IMG/VR virus record: IMGVR_UViG_3300031998_000016
Direction: 5' to 3' (one strand)
Origin: an uncultured virus (IMG/VR IMGVR_UViG_3300031998_000016)
Lineage: Duplodnaviria > Heunggongvirae > Uroviricota > Caudoviricetes
DNA length: 64,000 bases
Of this stretch, positions 38,731-50,471 are shown one piece after another. The translations under genes and the position numbers were made by a program. The notes beneath the pieces are model-generated. The model made no database searches. It saw only the letters and a list, made by a program, of their open reading frames with translations, and was not told where the DNA came from. Position 1 is the stretch's first letter; every line of letters starts with the position of its first letter.

Positions 38731-39515
38731 AGAATGAATTTAAAGGCACTATAGCAGATGATATGCTTGAATTATTTGATAGACCCGATGATGAATTTGC
38801 TATGCTTGCGCCTTTCATAAAGGCAAAGCTTAAACAGGGATTTGAATCAAAGGAGTATCAGGACCAGTTACTTACACTTGTTGAGATGTATGATTCCGAT
38901 TCTGTTGAACAGGAAAGTCTTGTAATTGACGAGTTAATCGAAAATATTAAGATTGAGCCTGACCTTTCGGCGGAAAAGAAAGATGTTTTAGTTTATCTTT
39001 TCGAGTTACAGAAAGAAGCTTTTGTTAGGGTTAAGGAATATGGCAGAACAAGAATAACAGTTAAGTTTACTAAACTTAGTGAAAACGCAATTACTCCAAC
39101 TTATGCTCATCCAAGAGATGACGCTGGTTGTGACCTTTATGCCGCAGAAACTGTTGAGATTAAGCCGGGCGAAACAAAGATTGTAAAGACTGATATAGCT
39201 GCGGCTGTTCCTATAGGATATGAACTTCAGATTAGACCAAGAAGCGGTATGTCAGCTAAAACTTCTATAAGAATTGCCAATGCTCCGGGCACAGTTGATG
39301 CTGGTTATCGTGGCAATATCGGAGTTATTTGTGAAAATCAGCTCACAGATGTTTGGGGTGGTACAAACGAAACTTACACAATTCACAAGGGCGATAAGAT
39401 TGCACAGGCAGTTCTCAATGAAGTCCCTCTGATTAATTGGGAAGAAGTACCAACCGTTGAAGACCTTGGTTCATCAGAACGCGGGGAAGGCGGCTTCGGT
39501 TCAACAGGACAGTGA
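38721..39515 (+). CDS. dut: dUTPase with ~110-aa acidic N-terminal extension
   Basis: AGCDLYA, RPRSG, GTVDAGYRG, KIAQAV, RGEGGFGSTG. Confidence 0.9.
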   Translation: MDLKNEFKGTIADDMLELFDRPDDEFAMLAPFIKAKLKQGFESKEYQDQLLTLVEMYDSDSVEQESLVIDELIENIKIEPDLSAEKKDVLVYLFELQKEAFVRVKEYGRTRITVKFTKLSENAITPTYAHPRDDAGCDLYAAETVEIKPGETKIVKTDIAAAVPIGYELQIRPRSGMSAKTSIRIANAPGTVDAGYRGNIGVICENQLTDVWGGTNETYTIHKGDKIAQAVLNEVPLINWEEVPTVEDLGSSERGEGGFGSTGQ

Positions 39516-39520
39516 TGTAA

Positions 39521-40264
39521 GTGGGAAAGAGATTAAGTTACGAAGCGGTAAAGAAAGAAGTCGAAGATGAGGGCTGGACTCTCGTCTCCGACACTTATGT
39601 TAATCTGGCCACCCAAATGGATTTTAAATGCCCGAATGGTCATGATAACTACTACACAATGAGCCACTGGCGACATCACAAAGAATGTCCAACCTGTAAG
39701 GCTAATAAATATTTTAAAATGACAGACCACGCTCCAAAAAGTACAGGCTTTAGAGTTCTTGCTTTTGACTAGGCAACTGGTGTTAGTGGCTGGTCAGTTT
39801 ATGATGATGAAAACTTGGTTAAGTTTGGTGCTTGGGATTCAAAAGGCGAAAGTAGTGTTGACAAGATTGCCAAAACCAAATGTTGGGTAGCCAGCATGAT
39901 ATAGTCTTGGCGGCCAGACTTGATAGTATTTGAAGATATTTAGTTCTAGCCTTTTAAAGGCAAAGATGCCGGCGCAGATGTCTAGTCTAACTTATTAGTT
40001 TATAAGAAACTTGCTCACCTACAGGGTGTTCTTATGAATTATTGTTATGAGAATGGTTTTACTTATAAAATTGTTCCGGTTGCTACATGGAGAGCACACA
40101 GCGGTGTTAAGGGTAAATATAGAACAGACAGAAAACAAAGTGCTTAGTTGATAGTTAAGTCACTTTATGATATTAATGTTACAACAGACGAAGCTGATGC
40201 TATTTTAATAGGTCGTTTCGCCGCACATGATAATAAGCAAACTGAATTAGTAAGCTTCTATTAA
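39521..40264 (+). CDS. Zn-ribbon plus RuvC-like Holliday junction resolvase, 247 aa (6 TAG)
   Basis: CPNGH...CPTC, then VLAFD[TAG]ATGVSGWS, FEDI[TAG]F[TAG], LAHLQG, TWR, DEADAILIG. TAG at 39770, 39902, 39941, 39947, 39983, 40145; ends TAA. Confidence 0.85.
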
Positions 40265-40309
40265 AAAGAAAGCCCCGTTCTCTTATTGAGAACGGGGTTA
40301 TTTTATTTT
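40263..40309. terminator. Bidirectional terminator at the convergence of the two arms
   Basis: A-tract-AGCCCCGTTCTC-TTATT-GAGAACGGGGTT-T-rich tract. Confidence 0.85.
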
Positions 40310-40680
40310 ATGAAAGGTTCAAGTAATTCAAGGTCTTCGAGGGTAAAACCAAGACCATCGAATTCATCTAAGCTAAAATAGATGTCTGGGAACTGAACAG
40401 GGTGGGTATTAAGTTCATTTACTTTCGCCGCACATTCCTGAATCAATTCTGTTTTAATCTTAAAGCCGCCATCTGCATTGATAACATATTTGCCATCAGA
40501 ATCCTTTTCTCCATACTCCTGGAGGAGTAGACCTTGCTACTCCCCTAAGAGTTCAAATTCTTCTTTAGCTACTTTTGATATTTTAAGGAACTTGTATTGA
40601 GTGTTTATATCAAAAGTTTTTGTTTTTATTTTGTCGATAAGATTAATTAGTCCTTTTAAATCTCCTGCTGAGTATGTCAT
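40303..40680 (-). CDS. Tail-module small protein (DUF1617-like), 125 aa (1 TAG)
   Basis: RBS AGGAGG; LLQEYGEKDSDG...ELN...LEPFI. TAG at 40537. Absent from the ORF track. Confidence 0.7.
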
Positions 40681-40694
40681 AATCCTTTTCCTCC

Positions 40695-43600
40695 TTAATG
40701 TGCTCGTGTATCTGCAATTCTCATATTAGCAGCTATCCAATTAAGGAAATTTTGTAATGTTACGTAGCCACCATTAGCGTATCCATTTCCTTGTATGTAA
40801 ATCTGTTGAGTGTTAGGGAATTGACCCGACTATCCAGTTATTCCGCTGCTATTATCATTTCTTATTCTATCACTCTGTAACCAGTGCCAGTGGTCTGCAC
40901 TAGCTAATCCAGACGTAGCTTCATTTGCTATTTTATTCATAAGTGGAGTAAGAGCATCCTAATTCGCCGCGATTTGTTTACCGATATATTCTGTAAGACT
41001 ATCTCCTGTGCTACCTATAATATTTCCAAAATCCATAGTAAGTCTTCCAGTATTATCTATATAAATGCCGGCATTTGCAATTTCAATTTTATCAGCTAGT
41101 CCCGATGTGTCATATTGATTCCTTATTGTACCACCGATATAAAGTGAACCATTTTTAAGAATAGACAAGATATTATTAAGTTCTCCGCCGCCACTACTTG
41201 AACAGCAAGTAAACAATCTGCTTGATTTATTATCTTCATCCTATGAATTGCCGCTAAGGTCTATCTTGTTATTTAAGTATAAACCTACCGAACCATCACT
41301 TGATGGAGCTTCATCATTACCCAAATAAGTCTTGAAATAAGTACCGCTCTAATCATAGATTGTTAAGTTTGTACCTTCTCCATACATGATACCATTAAGG
41401 TCTGCCTTAGAGTTTACATCAGCCACAACTGGTTCTCTTGATGTCTATGCTGCTTCATTGTTGTAGGTTCTAGGTTCTGTAGATACTGTTGTTGCTACCA
41501 CGAAAGTACCTTGTGCAACACCAAGATTATCTTCCTTGTAAATTGGTTTTGATGTTAGGTCTTGCTGATATTCGAATGAGTAATATCTTATAGTCTTAAG
41601 AAGTGAGCTGCCGTCTTCTTCATAGTTGAATGTTGCAATTTGTTTAGTAACTTTAGAATAGCCATTTGTCTGGGTTTTAACATAAGCTTCCCCATCACTT
41701 GTTTTTGAAGCATAAGTATAAATGATTAAACCGCTATCATCTGAGTTCTTGATAGTAACACTTACTAACTGGTTACTATTATTTAAGATATAAGCTAAGT
41801 AATCATTATCGCTGTATAAACCACTTCTAACTACTGTGTAGGTATTGCCAGCGCCAGCGGTTATATCACTTTCAATTAAACCAGTAACAAGTTTTGTACT
41901 ATCATAACCGAAGTATTCCTGATTACTAAATGTAACTTCATTGCTGTATTTATAACCAGTTATAACATTTATGTTACTATCATTAGTAATGAACATTTCA
42001 CCAACAAGGTTAATTGCCGCAGTTTCACGAGAAGCTTCTGCGCCAGTCTTTGTTGATGTTGCTGTTCTGAAGATTACCTGTCCGGCGCTATTGTATAAGT
42101 AGAAACCTACTTCATCACCTATCTGAGTTTCTGTAGCAATAGTCTTGTCTGAACCAATCTGGCCAGTGTAGTTATAACCGGCTCTAAGTTTGATATGACC
42201 ATTATTAACAATACTTAAACCAAACTTATTAAATATCGCGGCATCATTAGCATTACGTGAGTCTGTGTTAATAGAAGCTGGGTCACGATAAGCAGAGATA
42301 CCATTTTTATCCCATAAGAAATAAACATATGAGCTATCTGCAATTCTTATCTTGCCGGCATCTAACGTACCAACTCTGATGTAGTCTGCATTGATACCAC
42401 TTGGTCCAACACCTACGCTCCAATGCTGACCACCGTCATTTGAGAAGAATAAGCCTTGACCATTTAATTTATATTTGTTAGCGTGGTTATTAATATCACT
42501 ACCATGAGTACCTGTGCTATCTACCTAAATGTTATCTTCATCAGTATTAATAAGCATTAACTCATTAGTATCAAGTGCGCCCTGTAAGCTATCATTTTTG
42601 ATATTCTGTAATGATGTAAAGTTTGATGAACGCTTGTAAATATTTTCATTATATGTTAAGTTCTGAACTGTTGCTGAGATTTGCTGGAATAAGTCTTGGA
42701 AAGATGTTGTGTAGTTTTGAACTGTAATTGTGTTCTTTGCTGGGTCATCTATGTTTTCAGATGTTACTGAGATAAGAACCTTTAATCTGTTTGGTAAACC
42801 GGTGTGTTTGTTTATGCCTAAGATTTCTTCGTCTTCTACGAAAGTAACATCTGCAACCTCAAAGTTATACATATCATATTCTTCACCAAGCGGAGCTAAG
42901 TCAATAACGCTAATACCATACTGAACTTTTGGTATTGCACCTTCTGCCGCAACATCAAGTGCGCCGAAGTAATAAGCATTATCGGTTAAGTAGTTATCAT
43001 CAGACCATGTACCTTCCTTAAGATATGGCTCATATTTTTTATAAAAGGCTGCTGAGATTTGGTTGATAAGCTTAAGATAACTTGCCCTCTCTCTTTTCCA
43101 TTGCTGGATTTGGAGATATTCTTGGTTGTACTGGCCGAGGATGCCGCAAGTATAAGAATGTTTGTCAATCCAATAATCTTTACTGCCATCAAAGTCAGTA
43201 ATATGACTAAAGAAATCAACAGCACTATCTTCTGCCGCAGGTACACCATCGAAACAATCTTCTGACCATATATCTGGGTTTGTGTCGCACTTACCATCTG
43301 TGTAGAATGTTGAGTAGATTAATTTGGTTAAAATACTCTACTGTTCTGCCAGTCTTGTAAGATATGACTTGTATGCTTGCTGTTCTTCATAGTCAATGCC
43401 GCTTGCGCCATATTGTGTTCTGTATCTGTCAAGCTGTTTCTTAATCTTAAGGATTTGTTCCTGTGATGTAATGATAGCCTGATAGTTAACAGTTAGGTTA
43501 GCTTCGAGTTCTGTATATGAAGCATCTTGGAGATTAATGATTTTATTAGATAAATCATCGTATTGCTTATTGTAATAACCTAACTGATATAAATATCCAG

Positions 43601-46600
43601 CCGGGATTTCATCATCAGATGGCTCAATACCATAAAGGTCTTGTTCAACCTCGTACTTATCAAGCATACCCTTTTGAACATAATATGAAAGGTCAATTAT
43701 GAAGCTATCTCTTGATGGGTTATCTTCTGCAGTTTTAATAGAACATAAACCAGTCTTTGAGATTTCACTATCTACGTCCATTACATACAATTTTGAAACG
43801 ATTTGGTCACTTGTGATATTTCTTGTAATTTCTTTAAGGTTTTTGCCATAACGGAAACCAATTTGATTTACATTACCTTTTTCTGTAATGTAGAATACCT
43901 TTTTGATATAGTCGCCATTAGTATCTTTCTTAAGTGAACCATTTGGATTGTGCTCTGCGTAGAACTGAGGGTAAACCGTAAATACTTTACTGATTTCCTG
44001 AATGATGTTAAAACGATTTGACTTTTCAACACTTAATGTTCTTACTCGTCTATCGTGTTTTTCAGTCTTAAATCTGTGAGGACAATAACCGAATTTCTGA
44101 TAGAAACAAGTTGTTCCCTTGCCGCAATCGCACTGGTCAATTTCTGCATCCTTAATGTAGTAAGGACATTTATTAAGGTCAATGTAATTTGTTTCAATCA
44201 CATAATCTTCATCTGTATATTTCGCGGCATCGAGAGGTAATGTATTTTGTTTAATTTCATTCACATCAGATGACAAGAACGATTCTGCACCCATTGTGTC
44301 GCACATTACATAACCCTGTTTACTTTCATCAAATACTTTTAATCTCTGAATAAAGTATTGCTGATATTCATATGTAGAACCAAGCATAATCTGGTCTTCA
44401 AAGATGATTAACTTTTTCATGTCTTCTTCTGTGAAGAACTCTGTATAATGGTAACGTCCATCCTCTGATGTTAAATCTGTCTTACCTTTTGGTGGCCAGA
44501 ATAAATCTCTACCACTATATCTATAAGTAGCTTCATTAGATGGGAAACAGTCTACACCTTTTGTATAAGCTTCGAATAAGTATAACTTCATAAGTGTAAT
44601 TGTTTTAGGAGAATCAATTACAAAGTATGGATTCTCAATATCCTTATCAACCTTAAATAGAATAAATCTTAAAGGTGGTAAGTTTTCTTTGTCAATAATT
44701 ACACTATCATCAGCTTCTTGTGGCGCAGCATCTTGAATTGGATAGGCAAAAGGTTTAGTCGGGCCAAGGTCAAATGTAAGTGTTGTAGAATCAACTAAAC
44801 TGTACTTACCATCTGAGATTAAACTACCTTTACCAATTTTGATTTGAAAGTCTTTAGTTGCCCAAGCCTGAACGCCTAAGCAGTAAATTTTATCCTTTTC
44901 AATTTTCTTTTCCTGGCCAACAATACCGAAGTTTACAACTTCCTGTCCATCTGCTTCTGAGATAACACCCTCTTTGTGTACTATTGTTATACCATCGCCA
45001 GCATCGTTTCTCTTTAGGTTAAACTGGTTCTAAGTTGGATTCTTCTGATAGAATGTAGTTTCAGTATCATACTAAATTTTACCATCGACCATTTCAGCAT
45101 AAGCTATAACGTCTGTTCTTTCGGTAAATACAAATAAGCCTGAATTTTTAAGTGCCTTGTAAATAAAGTCATTCTTATCACATAAATACTTATAAATTTG
45201 TGGCTGAGAGGTATCAGGTGCTAAGTCACCATTGATAATCTTTTCCGGATAACCCTTATAGTAAATACTCATACCAATTGCATAAATATCTAAAGGCTTA
45301 TCATGTTCTTTCTGAGATTCCTGAATAAAGCCTATTAAGTCATCATGGATACGTCTCTTAAGGTCGCACCAACCAACAGCATTATCACCGTTCCAAGGAT
45401 ATTTAACACCTTCGTACATAAAGGTAATAATACCAAGTTCTGCATCTGAATTACGAACTCTTGGGTCAAAGCTACCTGTATAACCTACAGACCATTTGTA
45501 ACCAATCTGAGCCTGTGCTGGATTATAAACAAGAACTGAGCTATCAATGTTTTCATTATCTTCACTGTACTTTAATCCCTTATGGGTTATTGTAGGTGTA
45601 ATGAACATTGGGTCTTCTTGTAAATAAGACATTGCAGACCAGCCGTCTATTGAGTCCATGTCTGTACCATTCTGCACAAGGTTTCTTGCAAGCTGTGGTA
45701 CGATTTGCCTTGTTGCTATCTTAGAACATACACGGTAAAGTTTATCTTCGGAAGTCTTTGGCTCTGCCGCGAAATCCCAATCTTCACTATTGTATTCGTT
45801 TGTAAATTCATCAGCTCTACAATTGTAAACTGTTGTGTACTGGTCAATATCTTCTGAAATGTTAATAGCTGTTCTATCTGTGATAGAGAACTTCTTACCT
45901 TTTACATAAGTGTGGTCATTAACATCACTAAGATAACCTTCATACCAAACACATCTGTTACCTCTTGATTCAAAGTCTGAGTCAAGAATTTGGTTTGCTG
46001 TATCATTCTTAAGATACTTAAATGTGTGGCTGATATATGGATTTGCTATATCTGCTGAACCTAATATTTCGCCGCGAACTAAACGAGTATCTTCAAAAAT
46101 GTACCATAATTTACTCCATGAGATTGCTCTGTTCCATTCGGCAAGGGTCATGTAGTAGGTATATTCTTTATTTAGGATTACCCCATCTTCGTCAAGTTCG
46201 AGTATAGCATCTGATGGGATAGCGTAAAATTGAATGATTGTGCGCGGGTCTATGCTCTAAGGAGCAAGTAAAAGTTTTCCATCATATTTAATTGCTGTTT
46301 CTGTGGCCGCCCTGTCGTACTTAACAGTGTCGGAAAAATCTGGTTCAGAATCTTGGCCATAACAGAAGCTTAAACATGAGTAAGGTACATATATGTATCC
46401 GTCATGAGCTACGTTTGAAACATATTCTTTGCTAAGAAGATTGATTACGCCGTCGTCTGTGTATTCGTCCCAGAATGTAGTGTTGGCTAAATCATCACTG
46501 AGTTCTACGACTCTTGTTTCGTCAGTATAAACATTAGTAATTACGCCTGTACCTTTTTCAGCCTTAATTCTCTCAATCTGAGAATCTTCAAGTTTGAAAG

Positions 46601-47189
46601 ATAATTTATGGGCTGTGATTGTGCCGCCAAAACAGCTAACTGGAATTTTAAATAAACGTTCTTCTTTAAATTCTGTGAAGTCGCCCCAGTTGTTTTCCGG
46701 TGCATAATGCCAAATACTATCCTTTAAAGTTCCTCTTGTAAAGTCACCTATTTCTTCAACGTTGTTATATAATTCAGTATCATAAGTAATGCCATAACCA
46801 TTTCTTGCAAGTTCATCTATAGTAGCATCTTGACAATTAAAGGTTTTAACAATACCGTGTAATACTTTCTTTTCATCAACGCCCTTGATAGTAAATTCAT
46901 GCCATTTACCTTTGTAATTAAGTTTTAATTTAACCTCTGAAGAAAGCATATCTATGAACTCATTATGAACATAATCTCCAACAAAAGGGTCAAAGTATTT
47001 ATCAACCATTTGAAAGCTGAGGGATTTGCTTCCCTTCAGCTCTCTTGTGATTGTTATACCTGTTGCTTTGCCCGGATAGTCCATATCGTGAGCACCAATA
47101 ATTATTCCTTTCTCTTCGGCTTTAGAACCACTACCATTTAACTTTTCAACCCATACTGAAAGTTCATATGGTCTTTTCTAAATTGCCAT
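40695..47189 (-). CDS. Large minor tail/baseplate-hub-like protein, 2164 aa (about 11 TAG)
   Basis: ATG 47189 with RBS GAGGTG; codon 4 is TAG. Six supplied ORFs join in frame via TAG. Motifs YELSVW, SLSFQM, KSNRFNIIQ, GLFFSNDGG..W..G..GINADYI..GTL. Ends TAA. Confidence 0.8.
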
Positions 47190-47203
47190 TTAATCACCTC
47201 GCA

Positions 47204-50200
47204 TTAGTAGAATAAAGGTGTGTATTTAATCTATATTTTATTTAACATATCTGCCATTGCCCAATAAAGTGGTGGAAATTGCGCCCATAAATAGTTACAA
47301 GCGTACCACCACCAGTCACTAATATCAGCATTAATGCATCTTACCGGTAAGCCAGTTGCATCGTAGTCATCTAGTGACGGAGGTTCGTGAGTATCTGGGT
47401 CAAACCAGATACCTTTTTGTGATGTCCATTTAAAGAATGGAGCATAAGAGTTCCATAAACCATTAATGATTTTAAGGAATTCGTATTCTGCATCATTTCT
47501 AAGTTTATGGTAGAATGATAAAGCAAAATAATTGTCTTCCTCTTCAAAATAGGCAAATTCGTCAGCATACCACGAATTGAATTTAAATAACTCATCCGGA
47601 CAGTCTTCAACGATATGGTCATATGGAACTATAGAGTTTTCAATGGTTTCTTCTGGTATAATTTTGAAGAACTCAACCTTAGCCTTTTCGTAGATATAGT
47701 CAAAAAGTTGCTGAACTTCTCTCTTGTTACCATTTGCATCTGCGCCATATCCCCAGTCAAAAGGTCTAGCATCTTCCCAACGTTTGCCGCCCCATAAGGA
47801 TTCGTCAACTACTGGTTCAATACTAATTAGTGACCAGCCAGGTGGAAGTTTAAACCATTTACCCTTTGTAACAGCTTCATTCATGATTACTTTGTTTGGT
47901 TTATAAACAAATTCCATACCATATGGATTAGCTGTTGTGTAAAGCATATGTTCATTAGAGTTTACGTAGTAGTAATCATCTAATAAGTCATTTAAATAAC
48001 CATTGATACCTATTGTAGAATCAAGTTTATTAACAAGATTTGATTTACCTGCTTTTAGAAGTTTGTCTCTGACTTCTTTGCTGTATTGAACCTTTTTACC
48101 AATGAATACATTATCAGCATCCTCGCCTATAGCCTGAAGACATTCTTTTATTATAGCAACGCCTGAAAGTTGAGACTGGTCAATTTCAAGGTAGTCACTT
48201 GCTATCCAGCCTGGCATACGATAGCCATTAAGGATTTCATCTTCATAGTCATAATCACGGAAATCTGTACCGATAAATTCTGACGGATGGTTAATGTATG
48301 AGTTAATGAATTGGTCAATCATATCAGTCTAACTCATTTCGTTAAAGATAGGTTCAAACTTTTTAAGAAGCTGTTTTAATGTATCCCAATATAATTCATA
48401 TTGTTCTTCTTCGTCTATACAAGCTTCATAAAGTTCGTCATATCTTGCCGCGAAAGCTATACCTTCTTCAAAATCAAGTGCGGCATAAGTTTCTCTGTAT
48501 CTTGTTTTGTCGGCTGTAACAGTTAATGTATTTGTGTTCTTATCAAAGCTAAAGTCTAAGAACATAGTTAAGAAATTGAGTAATGGATTATTAATCTCAT
48601 TAACAATTATCTTATCATATTTACCTTCACTGTTTGGCTCGCCTAAAGTGAACATACCCTCTGGCATCATATCGAGCCAACGCATTGTACCTACCCATTC
48701 GCCATTAGGGAGCTTATCTCCTCTCCACTAGATTGTTTGCCAATAGAAGAGTTTAATGAAATGTCCGAGCTTTTCGCGCGGAATAGGTTCAACATAGTAA
48801 CAATGCTTAGGATGGAAGTCACCTAAATCATTAAGAGTGTCTATGCTTATGTAGTTATCCCAAACGTCTTCAAGGTGAAGATTGAAAGCCATTTCTGAGC
48901 TTTCCTCTGCTGATGATGGATAGTCACTGTCTGAATGGATAGACTCTGATGAATAATTGTATCTGCTCACATCAAAACATTTATCGGCCGGGATAATACC
49001 TTTTTCAATTAAATCGGTAATATCATATTTTCCGTAATAGTTATACTTGCCGCCATCTTCTACAGAACAATAAATTTTGCCCGCTATGTCGGAAGACTCA
49101 GCATCATAAATTCGATTACTAATTTCAGATTTAGATAAGTGTCTACGTTTAAAATAACGATTACCATATTTATAAGGTTCATTATCCTCTTCCTTATATG
49201 TGGTTAAACCGCACCAATCAACTGCATTACCAATAGATAAACGTTCAACATTGAAACGTCTTATTCTAAATTTTGTGCCGCCACGACATGACCAAAAACT
49301 ACGTTTATTTTCATCAAAACGAAGTTCCCAATCAACCGGCACGTCACCTGGATTATACACTAAAATACGTGAACCAATCATTGGTCTATTGTTTACAAAA
49401 CCAAGTTCCATATTAATATAATCTGTTTTAGAATATTGCGGCATATACATAAGTTCCTAATCAAAGTCAAGAGTAGGAGTTGTTAATAATTTTGCGGCAC
49501 TCTACCACTATGGAACGTTATTCCAGTAATTACGTACATCTACTATAGTCTTTTCGCCCTATGGAGTATCAAAGAATAATTCACCAAGCTGAACCTGTTC
49601 AATAGTAGGGAAACCAGTTTTCCATGGAATTCCATCGTTTGGACTATAATCGAGATATTTTTTCCCGATACTGTCAATATTATTAATATGTAGGTCATCA
49701 CGGAAATTAGTAAGGTCATCCTATGTGCCACCCTATGTGCCGCCCTCCCGATAACTTGGAGCAACATTATAATGGTACTTTTCATAGCTCTTACGTTCGG
49801 TATCAACAGGTGAGTAATTAAAAGTATCATTTTTAACAAAAGTATCGTCCTTTAAACTCTAATTAATTATACACTCAGGAGTATGTGTAATATAATAGTC
49901 GGCCGCCCTTACAATATATTTGTCCTTACCAAGTGCATAAGGGAAGTAACAAATAAAGCTAAGTTTACCATCGCCCTTATAAACACGTTCGCCTGTTTCA
50001 TCATCTATAAAGCATATTGATTTAAATTCTGGCTTTCCTTTCAGTTTTGCCTTCCAAGTCTTATAAGGCTCTTCATCAAATACTAAATCTTGGAGTTTAT
50101 CAGTAGAGAAAAGCTAACGTATCTTTCTATAGATTTTTTCAGAAACGTTATCAAAAGCTACGTTACAAGTAAATTCTCTGTTCTTATAAACTGAGCCAAA

Positions 50201-50359
50201 ATAATATTGACCATCACCGCCAGGAACGTCTACTACAGAATCGTTCGCAGATGGGAGTGTTCTATTTTCGTATTTACTTGAAGAACTTACCACTTCTAAA
50301 TTTAAATCAGAAGTGTGGATATTACCAAAACGAAAGCCGCGAAAGTCTTTTGTTTTCAT
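47204..50359 (-). CDS. Distal tail (Dit)-like protein with large insertions, 1051 aa (about 11 TAG)
   Basis: FRFGNIHTSDL, DVPGGDGQYY, LVFDEEPYK, CYFPYA, YNPGDVP, FKLPPG, C-terminal IKYTPLFY. Directly downstream of the tape measure gene. Confidence 0.75.
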
Positions 50360-50431
50360 GTATTTCACCTCACTTAAAGGATTTTGATTCCTGTCTAATA
50401 TTATGTAGTCATTACCATGTTTTTATCCAAT

Positions 50432-50466
50432 AAAAGAAAAGAGCCTGACCACAAGGGTCAGACTCT
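50432..50466 (-). terminator. Intrinsic terminator after the tape measure gene
   Basis: Minus strand AGAGTCTGACC-CTTGT-GGTCAGGCTCT-TTTCTTTT. Confidence 0.75.
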
Positions 50467-50471
50467 ATAAA

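Noticed and set aside
40521..40545. TAG 40537 lies in a hairpin (GGGGAGTAG-CAAGGT-CTACTCCTC), suggesting a SECIS-like readthrough signal
   Set aside because: I did not notice similar structures at other TAGs; probably chance.
49718..49741. 12-bp tandem duplication (GGCACATAGGGT GGCACATAGGAT) in the Dit-like gene
   Set aside because: A simple in-frame slippage duplication in a loop; no function evident.
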